Source: Vairimorpha necatrix (lineage: Eukaryota). Taken from it: 62,507 bases of DNA. The stretch lies in the NCBI GenBank assembly GCA_036630325.1, contig CP142737.1, positions 930,001 to 992,507 on the forward strand, written 5' to 3'. This document shows positions 35,501 through 49,240 of the stretch, one piece after another. The notes under the pieces are model-generated. The model did not search any database and was not told where the DNA came from. It saw nothing but the letters and a program-made list of their open reading frames with translations. How positions within the stretch are numbered: the stretch's first letter is position 1; each line of letters starts with the position of its first letter. The position numbers were made by a program, and so were the translations under genes.

Positions 35501-35995
35501 AGTTTTTAGATGATCGATGTATGAAGAAGTTGTGCCAAAGAATTAACCATAATTTTTAATAGTGTAAATATAGAAATTCAACCTTTTAAATTGTACTTAT
35601 AAAACAATAATATACTATATACACTATGAAGCTAAATTATTAAAAAATCTTTAACATAACGTATTTTAACAACAAACAGAAACATACTGTATCGAAATAT
35701 TGGTTAATATATAAAAATCATTGGGGTACTAAGAAAAACAGAACTTATACTCTTTGAAAAAAACAATTGTAAATATGTATATGTATATATAAGAAGGATA
35801 ATGAACTTGAAAGAAGAAGAAAATTAACTTTACTTATGAACAAAAAAAATTAACATGTATAGAATATGTATGTAAAGTAAGAAGTATTGGTTTTTGATGA
35901 TATTTTTATAAGAAAAATAATTTCAAATTTTTTTATAGATAAGTAACTATAGCTTAATAAACATATAAGAATGAAATAACAACGTCGTAAAATTT

Positions 35996-36826
35996 AGAAC
36001 GCCTAAGACTACATATAAATATATATTATTGGTATATAAGTGAACGTTGTGTGTCTTTTTTTGTTTTTGAGCCATATAAAAGATTTGTTATTTTTCCATC
36101 TCTTTCTTGTATATATATATATATATATATAAGAAGACAAATCTTGCAAAATATGAAAAAATTAAGAACAGCTGAAAATGCATATAAATTCATATATTTG
36201 TTATATAAGTACTTTTTTGTATCTTTTTTTGTTTTAAAGCATTTATGAAATTTGCCATTTTCCATCTCCTTCTTGTATATATATATAAGAAGACAAATCT
36301 TGCAAAATATGAAAAAATTAAGAACATCTAAGACTACATATAAATATATATTATTGGTATATAAGTGAACGTTGTGTGTCTTTTTTTGTTTTTGAGCCAT
36401 TTAAAAGATTTGTTATTTTTCCATCTCTTTCTTGTATATATGTATATAAGAAGACAAATCTCGAAAAATATGAAAAAATTAAGAACATCTAAGACTAAAT
36501 ATAAATCTATATTATTGTTATATAAGTGACACTTGAGCATCTTTATTTGTTTTTAAAGCATTTATGAAATTTGTCATTTTTCCATCTTATTTTTGTATAT
36601 ATATATATATAAGAAGACAAATCTTGAAAAATATGAATAATTAAGAACAGCTGAAAATGCATATAAATACACATCATTGTTATATAAGTAACACCTGGGT
36701 ATCTTTTTTTTGTTTAAAAACATTTATGAAAGTTGCCATTTTTCCATCTCCTTCTTGTATACATATATAAGAAAACAAATCTTGAAAAATATGAAAAAAT
36801 TAAGAACAGCTGAAAATACATATAAT
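35996..36826 (+). repeat. Tandem repeat, ~160-bp unit, 5 units plus a partial
   Basis: Units start near 35996, 36164, 36320, 36481, 36643, 36802; core tataagaagacaaatcttgcaaaatatgaaaaaattaagaaca. Confidence 0.9.
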
Positions 36827-38198
36827 TGTACGGTCTTATGAGATAACAAGGAATCTGTGTATATATATATGCGTACTTATTAGCTTATATGATTTATTTT
36901 TTCTTTAAGTAAATCAAAGTATGTCTTTGTTGTGAAGATTTTAAAACAGAATGATTCTAAAAATTTCTAGTGTAAACGTGGTTGTTTTACGATTTAACAT
37001 TCTAACATAAGAATAAAATTGAAAATGAATACTAATTGGTAAAAAATCTTATTATAATGATTAAATATTTTAAAAACTCCCAGAAACAATCTCTATTTTA
37101 ATTACAATTACATCTAAATATATATACAAGTCTTTAAGTATCAGCAATATTTCTAATTTTTTTGGCTAATGGAAAGTATTTATGTATATTTGTACATGAG
37201 AGAGATAATGAACACGAAAAAAGAGAAATTGACATCTCATAAAAACTAGTAAAAATAACATTGTATATATGTAAGTAGATTGTAAAGTTTTTATTCTAAT
37301 TAAAACCTTTATTATATACATGATTTAAATTTTTTTAAAGGGTATCTATCTGCATATATATATATATATAAAAGTACAAAATAAAAACTTTAAATTCAAG
37401 AAAAATATGCATAAATATTAGTGCAGTGAATTTAATTGTATTGAAATAATAGAACATTCATTTGGTAACAAATAATATATAAGTATTTTTATGTAATTAA
37501 AATATATAATTATATAATTTTTGCCGGTATCAACACATAGAATAAATAGATTTTGAATTAAACAAATCAGAATATAATTTGTGTATAAATCAAGAAAAAA
37601 GATTTTTTGAATTTTAAGATGAATTTTTATTATTGGAATATATCGAGGTGCATTAGAAAGAATAGAATCGTGGATAAAAAACAACCAATACCCCATTGGA
37701 AAACAATAGTGTATAAAAATACAACACTTTAAAAAAATATAAAACGAAATTTAAATATAATGAAGATTTTATATTTTATTTATTTAATACGAGGGAGCGA
37801 TTATATAAATGTATCGTAAATAAACACAATTTCTATTAAGAATAATAGAAAAATCTCATATGTACGTATATATGAATTTAACATTGAAATTTTCTAAAAA
37901 TTATAATTTTCATACTTAATGTAGATAGTATCGTAGCCAATTAAATACTGATCAATCATATTCTCACAAATTGGCAGATTTAATTGGCTACAAAAAGTAT
38001 TAAGAAAAATTCCAAAAGGGGGAATGGAAAATAAGAATAAAGAAATTGACATATTTCAAATAAATAAGATCTTATAGAATCATGTAATTATATTATATAT
38101 TTATATATTATTTTTTGCATAATTCAATGAGAATTTCTAAAAAAAATAAGCTTGAATAAGAATTGTCATATTTACAAAAATTATGTTATGTCTAAATA

Positions 38199-38384
38199 AC
38201 ATCCAGATGATCACGCTACAAACCATTTCTCTGGACTAATGAAGGAGAGAATACGAAGCTGATGTGGAAAGGACTATGGAGATAAGAAGCAACCTACAAA
38301 CAGGAGGCGCTAACGCGGAACCTATCCTTGTCAAACTATAAATATAAATTACAATAAGCATACCCTAATTAGATTCATTTATTT
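38199..38384 (+). mobile_element. 5'-truncated RLE-type LINE (family B) with TSD
   Basis: Homologous to 32380-32572; flanked by ttatgtctaaata (38186-38198) and ttatgtcgaaata (38385-38397). Confidence 0.8.
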
Positions 38385-39764
38385 TTATGTCGAAATATAA
38401 CTATATTCCAACGATATCTTATGGTAGTATAACATAGAATTTTGCGACCCAATATAGGATATTATAAAATTAGTTACAACATCTTGATCTTAAGATATCT
38501 CATGATTTTACGAGATCAAAATTACTTTTAATAAAGGATAGTTTTTAAAAAACTTACTTTCAATATATGAATATATTGGCAAACCTGTTCGGAAATGATT
38601 AGACCACCTAGAATTAAAACGAAATATATATGTTGGAAATAGCAGACGAGTCTGAATGAAATTGCATGTTTATTAAGAAACTTTCTCTTTTATATTTAAT
38701 TCTGAAACACTGATTAGTGATAACCATATTCAATTGGACCAGCTTGTGATGAAACAGTTTGATGATTGATAAAGAGCAATGATTTGTATTTAGAGTTACA
38801 ACAATATATATATATATATATCTGATTGTTATGTTAGTATCTTTCTATTAAAGAAAATATTTTATATCTGATCGTATAATATATACTCGTAAAATCAGTA
38901 GTAGATCAAAAAAAAGTAAAAAGGATTCATTTTAAACTAATATTTTTTGTATATCTTTTATATAGAAACCTCATTAATAACAATTTCATATATATATATA
39001 TAAAATACTTTTTTGTTTAATATTTTGTTTTCGATATTTCTAAAATTTTATCCTTATACATCTATTTTAAATTAAAAGTCAATAGATAATTAGGGATATT
39101 TATGCATACTTCTTAATTAAAAATATGAATTGTTAATCGTATAGTGTTATAACACTAAATATGATAACGTTTTGAATTTTATCATTTATATCATTATATG
39201 TAAGGGACACATAAAATATTAAGCATTCTAAAGTTTTCATAAATTATCTTTTAAATTCTTATAATCATTAATTAAATACTAGAATAATCATCAAAATATT
39301 CTTGTTTTTACATATCACACAATTCAATGTTATGTATCAAATTCATCAGACTGATGTTCTATGAATAATATTAGTAAGTAGGATTATTTAAATAGTCGAA
39401 ATGTCTAAAATTGCCCTTTATTCTACGTAAAACTGTTTCTAAATAGTCTATATTTATAATTTGATCTTAATTCTAATATCCCTTTTAATAATTGAATTAT
39501 TTATTCAGATAATGCTAAACTTATATCTATAGAAGTTTTCGCATACATTCATCACAATGATTATGTAATAATCATACTTATGTTTGATTGGCAATAATTA
39601 GGTATAAATGCGATTATTAAAATCATTATTTTCTACGGACTAAAAATATATGACCGGAGAAACCTTATGTTTATCAATAGATTATATGACTAAATTTAAG
39701 TAAAGCACATGTAGCGGAAGTGCTTTTAAAAATTATAGTAAAAAGCTGCAATTACAATTCTTGT

Positions 39765-40076
39765 GACAGCACGTGTTTTTTCACTGTTAATGTAATTTTT
39801 TTTTACTTTATGCTCATGATCTTTTTTATCAGCTAATGATTATTATAAAATTTAATACTTCGGAAATTTGAGTATACATCTGTATTCCAACTTTTCAACT
39901 TCTCGCGACACGTGGGATGCGCAAGCGCTATAAGGTCTTGTCCATTGAAGTTGGTATAACTAACGATACTCAAACTTCAGAAGTATATAATTCGTATAAT
40001 AATCATTTGCTGATAAAAAAGATCATGAGCATAAAATATAATGATTATTACACTAGCATAAAAAAAATTGACTGTC
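39765..40076. repeat. Foldback/MITE-like inverted repeat, ~130-bp imperfect arms
   Basis: tttatgctcatgatcttttttatcagc pairs with gctgataaaaaagatcatgagcataaa; pairing extends inward to ccaactt/aagttgg and more weakly outward to gacag/ctgtc. Confidence 0.8.
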
Positions 40077-40706
40077 TTGGATTATAAATTATGTAATACT
40101 TATTTTTATAATACTATATTCCACAAATCTTTTGTCATTCCAACTTAACTTATCTCTTTATTGCACCAATCCAATCTTTGATTTATCATTGCCCATAAAC
40201 AAAATTTTTTTTTTAATATTTTAGGAGGGAAATTTAAAATAAACAAAATATAGAAAAGAGCGTAGATTTTGAATTAAAAGGATTTAATAGCAACAATAAA
40301 ACAAATTTTTGTTATAAATTAATTAAAAATATACAATCAAAAACTAAACAAATATGTTAATTACTCTTTATTCAATGATCTTTATTTGAAATTTATTATT
40401 AATTTTTCTTTGTCTATAGAGTAACAACTCAATTAAAAAGATGATCAGATGGTATTTTTTGAAATACAATACGGCCTTAAAATTTTTTAAATTCTCTTGA
40501 CATTTTTTGAAGAAATTGAAAATTTAATTAAATTTTTACTAAAAATCAATCGTAATGTCAAAATAAAATATTTTTTACAAAATAATAGTTACAGTTGTAA
40601 AATTTAAAAAGATTAGGAATTCATTATTTCTAAATTATATTATTATTGTGTACATATATATTAATATTTTAAGATCTTATTTGCATTCTTCAGAAATCTA
40701 AACATT

Positions 40707-41010
40707 TCTGGAAGCATACATTCAGTCTAATGTGATAAAGAAAACTCCAGAGTCCATCTCTTTGGAACGACGAACAAGATACGATAAAGATTATGCAGAA
40801 GAAGAAGAAGTAACTAGAGCTGTAAGCGCACTAGCGAATATGGCGACTGTTGAACAAGCGATGTCGGTATAGGAGAATGAAGCTAAAAATTTGGAGTTGA
40901 AAAACATAAATTATTCCACAGAAACCAAAGTCTATGAAGAGCCGAATCTAGTGAGCGATACCGAGGGAAACTGAACAATCTAACTTTAATGATAAATTTA
41001 CTCAATAAAT
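40707..41010 (+). mobile_element. 3' fragment of RLE-type LINE (family C)
   Basis: Reads LEAYIQSNVIKKTPESISLERR; duplicate of 13206-13495. Confidence 0.7.
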
Positions 41011-41769
41011 CTTTTATATGTTGTCAACACTAAACACAAACATTGGCGTACTTACGAATGTAGTAACGACCATGGAACTTTCGTTTGATTGTGTGACCCA
41101 ACTTGACATGCCTTTCAAAACGGTTGACATATTTTTGACATCTGTCCATGTGTTGTAGTAATGTACATCACAGTATCTAAGAAAAACAAAATCTCAATAA
41201 AGAATATTAGTTAAATCACATAAATATGTTTTTATAATTTTGTATTCGAAATTATTAAAAGAATGTAGTTCATATATAGTTGTAGCAGATCAAATATATA
41301 TTAATCATATTCTTACAAATGACAGTTTTAACTTGTTGAAAAAATTATTTAAAAAAATTTACTTTAGAGGGTATGGAAAATAAGAATAACAAAATTGCCA
41401 GATATAATGGAGAAATTGAAATACGATGCCAGTAAATCTTAAATTGTGCGGTCACATATGAAAGTATTTTGTATATAATATAGGACATATACTTGTTTTT
41501 GCAGTGTAAAATGTTTACTATTTTTTAGTATAACATGTATATATATATAGAAATGTATATTTGGATCAAAGAAAATCTTATATAATTTATTTTCCAAAAG
41601 AAAGCATAAAACTAACATTGTAAATTGTTCTATTATTTGATTCATTCAGATTAATGATCTTTTAATCTGACTAATTTGAAATTTTTCTTTATGCATAGAA
41701 AGAAAAACAAAAATAAATAAAGTTGAACTATAATTGGTTTTCTTAAAGGATAACAAAAAATTAAAATAA

Positions 41770-41838
41770 TCGTGCTTGGCAGAATGGTTGCACCTTGATT
41801 TAGGATTTCGAAGGTCCAAGGTGAGATTCCCGGTAAGA
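41770..41838 (+). pseudogene. Decayed tRNA-like sequence or SINE head (duplicate)
   Basis: A-box TGGCAGAATGG, degenerate B-box ggtgagattccc. Confidence 0.45.
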
Positions 41839-42579
41839 GAAAATTTAAATTTATTTTAGTATAAAGATATCTACTGGCGGACATATAGACGTCACTAAAT
41901 ATAATATTTCAAAATTGATAGACTAAACAAATATTTTGAAAAGTATCTCTTGTATGAATTGATCATTAATTTCTTAAATACATTCACACTTTAAATTCTT
42001 ATTACATATAATTTGTCCTTCTGTGTTTCATAATACCATAGCTGTATATTCTATAGGGACCTAAAAGCCAATTATGGCACTCTTGATGTAGAAATTTATG
42101 AAGTTTGTTTTTATACAAACAAGATATAGTATAAGATGGAGATATGTTCAATTATTTCATTAAAGACAAAGAAGTTTAATAAGTTTGCTTTTAGTGTCTT
42201 TGTAGTTGAAGAGCCATCTGAGATCTAGATGATTTATATATATAATATCGACACTAGATTAAAACGATAAATCTATACAGAGGTTTTAAAATCTTCATTT
42301 TAATATATTTTTTGATTTAATGATGCGATTAGAGGCTTGTATATAAAAATAAACTCATCAAATCTAAATGGTTACGTCGGAGATAGTGCAGCGAAAGTAT
42401 TTGGTAGAAGTTAAGTGAATAATAATACCCTATATCAATTGGATTTTTAACTCAATTGCTTTTGAGTTTATGTTTAATATCATCTTCTCTTCTCCTCGCC
42501 AAAAATTTGAAATTTTAAAGTAAATAAAGGCTATAAGTCAAAATTATGTTTTTTGAACTTTTAAATTTTTAATTATTCA

Positions 42580-42990
42580 AGGATGACAAGTTAAATTATT
42601 TAAACAGCAAGAATAAGAATAAAATCATGAAAAAATAAATTATCTAAAATGACATAATTTTGATTTGTTTTTTTCATTATTGAAAAGAATTTATACACAT
42701 TTATAAAAAATAAGAAGTTGATAAAAATCATGAAAAAATATTTGTCTTACTTGCAATAATTTCTAATATAAAGTTTTTAAATTTTCATTTTTAAAATAAG
42801 GAAAATTTTATATACATATATATATATATATATACAATAAGACAGAAAAAAAATTATGGAAAAATAATTAGTCTAAAATGCAATAATTTCTAATTTAAGT
42901 GATTTAAATTTTAGATTTTCCAAACTTGACAATATATATACAAATGTAATAAGATGATGAAGAAAATCATGATAATTATTTGAGGAAAAT
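42580..42990 (+). repeat. Degenerate ~110-bp tandem repeat (duplicate of 15070-15470)
   Basis: Same aaaatcatgaaaaaata units. Confidence 0.6.
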
Positions 42991-45007
42991 AATCACCCCA
43001 AAATATTTCATTACAAAAGAACTTAGCTATATCATGAAGGCTTGAAAGTAATTATTCTTGACATTCTAAACAACTAACTAATTATTAAGAGTAGATTTAT
43101 TTGTATATGTAAATATATTTAAGAAGAGATAATAATATTGACAAGACAAAAATAATCTGATATTAAAATTCAGAATAAACAGTATTGTAAGTACCAAACT
43201 TCAAAAATAGATTTAATATTTTTTGCGACTGAAAAATTAAAATTATATCTATCGCTTGCAAACAAAGTAAAGTTAGTATGTATAATATAGAAACAAAAAT
43301 AATAAAGTTTAATCGTTTATTCAACAAACACTGTTAAATACATTGTTTTGGAGCTATTTATCTTAACAACCGTACTAGATGATTTAAGAAATTTATATTT
43401 TGAACAGATTTCCCATAAATACTACTAAATTGAATAATCTATGTGTTACGAGTCATTTGCATACTAAGACGTGCTCTCCCTAAAGGAATAGCTATTATTG
43501 CCAAGTATATTGAAAGACAAAAACAAGGATTGACTTTAAATGGCAAAATGAGCATTAAATATATGTAATAAAGACATATAAAGATTTTTTCAACAAATGT
43601 TTCTTGTGTTTTAAATATCTTCAATTAGTCATTAGCATTTTACTTAAACAAGACACTTTTAGGAAAAGACTAGGAAAGATTAAACATTAAGGATCGAAAA
43701 GCGCTGAAAAAACACATTAAAGAAAACAACAATATTCCTTCTTTAGGGCGTAAATCAACCTCAAAGTCTATATATAAAATGAAATAAAAATTATATGATA
43801 CTAAAAATTCAAAATCTCAGCAAAATTTATAAGCTTTTACGAAGATATGTGTAGATATAATAAACATGGCAAGTGCTTAATAAAAATATACATAATATAC
43901 TAAGATATAAAAATCTTGGTAATAAGTTCATATTTATTGCAACAACCAGATGTATATATGTATAAAAGAATGAAATACCCCAGAAATAATTGCATCAAAT
44001 ATTTTAATCGTACAGACTTTACATAATCAACAATAACGTTTTTAATGATATATAATAAGAAATAATGTTTGTTTCTGAGTTATTATAATATCGATTAATT
44101 TATAAAGAAAAAATATTCATATGTAAAAAGAATAAACAATTTATTATAATGAACCTAATCGATGAAAATTAAGTATTGTAAACAATTAAATGATTGTTCT
44201 CTTTGGCAATATAATAGTTAAAATCTAAAAACAAAATTAGAGAAAATTAAAAAATAAAATTCACGTTTCATTTATCCTCTAAGAATAGAAAGTCAGTGTG
44301 AATATACTATTAACTTTATTCTATAGGACTGATATAGTAATTTTGACTTACAAAACCAAAAATAGAAGACAAATAATCAGTTATTTAAGATAGTAAAATG
44401 AACAAAAGTTGAAAAATAAAGGAAATATAAAGTCAGAAACACGATATTATAATTATTTGTGCATTTGAATATAAATAAAATCATTTTTTACAACATATAT
44501 ACAATAGAGTGATATAATTCCGCAATTTAATATTTGATATGTTTAGATTTCATTACGTTAACATTTTTTTTTAAATTATATAATCTTAACAATGAAAAAT
44601 TTATATTTTATGATACTATATTTTTTGAATATTCCAGAGGTTAAAATATTTTTCAAATATGGGGTGAATGATCATTTAAATATAACATTTCTAAAAAATA
44701 ATTAAATTGATATATTTTTGAATTACACCCCCTAATAGATATACTTTTTGTTTTCATATAATTAGACTATTTAAATCATACACAATTCAAATAGAGAAGA
44801 GAAAGATATATTGTTTAGAAAAGAAAACAAAAAAAAAGATTGTAGATCTTAAAATAGTTATAAAACTGTACACTAAATCAAAATTATTCTTCACATTAGA
44901 TATTATACCATGGATTTAATAATTGCAGACATAAATTTTGACTGAATTTTTCTGGGATTGATTTGGTTGCAAATTAAATTTTTATAAAAAATGCACATAT
45001 TTTATTT

Positions 45008-45842
45008 GGCTAAAGAGAACTTACAGCCCCCGCATTTGAGGCGCTACGATTTTTTTTTCCGAACCCCAAAAATGAAGTGTAAAAAAAGGAGGAGCAAAGA
45101 AGAGACAAAAATTACTAAGCACTTATGACATTAAAAACAATAAATAAATATATATTTATGTACACAATTATATTTTAATACAAGTTTTTACAATAATATA
45201 AACCAATAAGCATTTTTTGCCCTTCTGATTTTTTAGAATTGGGGACAAAACCGCTCTCTCTGAGGGTGTTCACTTTATTATTTTGAACCCCAAAAACGAA
45301 GTGCAAAATAAAGGAGAAGCAATCATTAGTACTCAAATTACTTGCATCTTAAAACAGTAAAAATACCAAATAAATATATATTCTTATACGAAATTTAATT
45401 TAAAATAAGAATATAACCATAAAACTATATAATTCTAAATAACTTAACATATTTTAAATTAAATTTTTTGATTTAACAATCTGTATAGATCGATGAACAT
45501 TTATTAAAATTTTCTTATATAAGTAATATTTATAATTTTAATTGTTGTTTTATTATTAAAGTAGATTTTTGAAGAAAATCTACTTTCATAATAAAACAAC
45601 AATTAAAAAAAATTGAAAAAATAAGAAAGGCGAAAAAGACACAATACTTCAAATGATTATTATAACTAAATTTAAAATTAATTTTTGTATAAAATTAAAT
45701 ATTTATTTGCTATTTTTAATGTAATAAGTGCTTAGTAATTTTTGTCTCTTCTTTGCTCCTCCTTTTTTTACACTTCATTTTTGGGGTTCGAAAAAAAAAA
45801 TCGTAGCGCCTCAAATGCGGGGGCTGTAAGTATCCCAGCTCC
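45008..45842. mobile_element. Merlin-like MITE (family M2) with long TIRs
   Basis: GGCTAAAGAGAACTTACAGCCCCCGC...GCGGGGGCTGTAAGTATCCCAGCTCC, TIRs over 120 bp, 8-bp TSD TTTTATTT (45000-45007, 45843-45850); empty site near 17475. Confidence 0.93.
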
Positions 45843-48800
45843 TTTTATTTATGTTCTATAAAAAAAAGTAAAAGGACATTATATTCACATTATAAGTTTC
45901 TTTAAAAATAATTAGACAAAAAATAAAGTATGCATGAAACAAATTAACTCGTTTGTTCCTTATTTCTAATTTCTAAAACCAAATTCCGTACACAATTTTA
46001 ATTTGGCAGAAAAACAAATCCTTTTAAGAGAGATTATCGAAATGTCGTTTCTTACAAAAACAATTTTGATTTTAAGTTCAAGCCATTTATAATATTTAGG
46101 GCGAAAATATATATATGCGAGAAATTAATATTTAAAAAATAAAAGAATAAATTTCTTTGAAGAAACAGTCCAATATTTATTTTAGATGAATCAGTGGTTT
46201 ACATTCCTCGTATAAAAACCAACGATCAAATATATCATTACTAAATTAGTAATACTGTCATTGTTTTTTTTGTTCCGTAAATCCTAACCTAGTCTTCTAT
46301 CGTATAACAAAACATAAGGTTACACATTTGATAAACTTTATGAATTTTGTGTTGCTAAAGTATTTCTGATTTTTAAATAGAAATGTAATCTTTTAATAAA
46401 TATCAGTTGTAGATAAAATTTTGACAAGAAATAAATATGAAAATTACCTTATAAAACCTAGATGAAATGCGCTTAATACGTACGATTCAAGTCGAATTAA
46501 TAAAATCAACTTGTTATATTCAAGAACATAAGTAAAAGCCGCCTAATTCAATGTATCTGTGTAAAATCAAAAATAAGATAAATTCTTAGTTAAAAAATGC
46601 ATCATGTTAAATATAATAATTCAAGTATTTATATTTTTTAATTATTATTTGAAATGACAAGAAACGTATCTACAATAAAAATATAATACAAGGATCAAAA
46701 TGATGCAAATCTAACACACTCGTAAAAATCAAAAACAACTTGCATTATAGTATAAAACTATCTATGTAGAAATTTTTAAGTTAATAAATTTGAATAGAAA
46801 ACTTGCATCAGCAATACATATAGAGTGGATAAAAAAATATTAAAATTAAAACAAAATAACAAACCGTTTTTTAAAACAATTTTATAATCAATAGTGTAAT
46901 ATAAGGAAAATTTACATATAGAGTATTAATAAACTGAAATCGAAAGTTCTATATATAAATTAGAGATGATTATTGTATAAAAAATAATAAGTAATTTTGT
47001 ATAAAGTAGCTTTTAATATTTAATTTTAAAATTATATTTTTTGTAGTAGATACTAAATATGTAGAACATTTTGAAAATATTTATGAGATATAAAATGCAT
47101 GCCCAGTCCTTTACCTTTAAGATTAACGTCGCTAGAAAAAAACATTGTAACTAAGCCTTTTCCATAATGACTATTAAGATTTACTTTTTTTGAAAAAACT
47201 TTTTTGTTCCCCCCACGACAAAGTTCTTTTTGGTAATCATAAAAAAGTTTTATGTTCCACTGAGCTTTAAAAAATGAAAAAATGGAACTTTACTATAAAT
47301 GAACAACTTCACTTACAACTAGAAATAAAATTGATGTTTACATCGACCGTGTTTTCAAAAAAGGCAAGTTTTTTTTAAAAAAAACATTACGTAAGCAGTG
47401 TTTAATGAAATTTGTTAAAGGCAAATTAACGTCTAAAGAATTTATCTAGGATCATCTTTTTTTTCTTTTATACGATTCTATATCCCCATTTTCCAAAATT
47501 CGAATAACTGGTGGTCAAAGAAGTTCGTAGAAAGCAGGATCGAATTTTAGTAATGTTAGAAGTAGCGTAAAAGATTCATGTAATGATAAGTGTTATTCGT
47601 GGAAGTTAAATATGTACATGGATTTGCAATTTAGAATTTATTTAAATCCTAGTTTCTTATCAGCAGTGGATCTTGACGATGTAATATAAAGATAGATAAA
47701 AACATATGTTCTGAAACGAAAAAATTGTACAATATGTACTTTCTGTAGTTTGTATACAAATTCAAATTGGTATTTATCAATAAACTCTATACACTAAACG
47801 TATGAGAACAAATTCATTGTTAACAAAATTCTAAGTAATAGTTTTCTCTTACCTTTCATGGAAAAAAATAAAAGTTAGGAAGAGAGTAATATTATGAGAA
47901 AAGAAGAGAATGTCTAGAAATATTATCTAATGAAAGATCATTAACTTTACGAAAAATTCAATACAATCGAAAGCGAAATTATTAGATAAGAAATTTAGCA
48001 TATAATAAAATTTGAAAGTTTGTGCATGCACTAAATGATGATAATAGTATATTTTTTTCGAATAACAACATTGTAATAGCATGCTGACAAAGCTTATATA
48101 TCGGTTTTTGTAAGCCCTTATTAGTTATCATACAATTCTAGATAATATATTAGCAATAAATAAATTCTGAATTATCATATAAACTGTTTACAGTTATAAT
48201 TAAGATGAATCAGTAGAACAAAATATTTCAAATGTAAAGTTAGAAATAATTAGAACATTATATTAATACCAAATTAAAGACTGTCATTCTATTATAATGA
48301 ATTATTTTAATGAGTTTAATAAATAAAAATATCATAAAAACGTATATATGATATAAAATTCTATAAATAAAAAGAATAATTATTTTATATATATATATAT
48401 ATATATATATCAGTAAAAATCTAGAGTTTAGTATAAAAAAAATATATTTAGAAAAAAATGTTGGCCATGTAAAAGAATGTGTGTAGTAATTTGGTTGTCG
48501 GTATTGAATTTTGCTTTTTTTTTATGATAAAGATAATTAAAACAACTGATTATCTTACAATAAATACTAAATGAAGGATAAATCATCAGATCAAGCGTTG
48601 TAGAATTCTAATATTCTTTATCGATGCTAGGTTCATATTAATCTTGTCTATTATATTTAATGAAACTAATCTTTTTGTAATATTTAATTTATATATTTTG
48701 GAATCTGAAATTATCTTCATTTAATGAAAATATTTGAAAATTTTTTTTTAAATATATTATGATTAAACAAAAATGATATATAAAAAAGTAAATAAATTAG

Positions 48801-48889
48801 TTTATAGAGTAAAATAAAGAAGATATATATACATTTGAATAAAAATATAATATAATATTAATATTGTTGTTTTATATAAAATAAAAAAT

Positions 48890-49113
48890 AGGTTAAACTA
48901 TCAAATACTCTAAGAAAGTAGAAGCGTACATCAAGATGATTACAGAAGACAAACTTAAGCATTCCAATAGACTACCGAAGAGATGTTTGGGTTCCGCTTT
49001 GAAAATGACTAAGAGTCGATAAGCTGCCCACAAACAGGAGACGCTAACGCGAACCTATTCAGAATATACTAGAATATAAAACATCATTAGCATATCTCGT
49101 TATAATTCATTTT
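48890..49113 (+). mobile_element. 3' fragment of RLE-type LINE (family B), duplicate of 20500-20722
   Basis: aagtagaagcgtacatc...caggagacgctaacgcgaaccta. Confidence 0.75.
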
Positions 49114-49240
49114 TATGTGAAAAATAATAGTAATTATGTTGTATATATTTGTAAAGATTGTTTATATATATTATAACAATGATATTTATTATGTTATTTT
49201 CTGAAATTAAACTATATTTTTTTTATATTAAATATGAATT

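Noticed and set aside
35996-36826. Possible CRISPR-like array or repeat-protein ORFs
   Set aside because: Whole units are homologous with no unique spacers, no cas genes, eukaryotic context; ORFs are repeat by-products.
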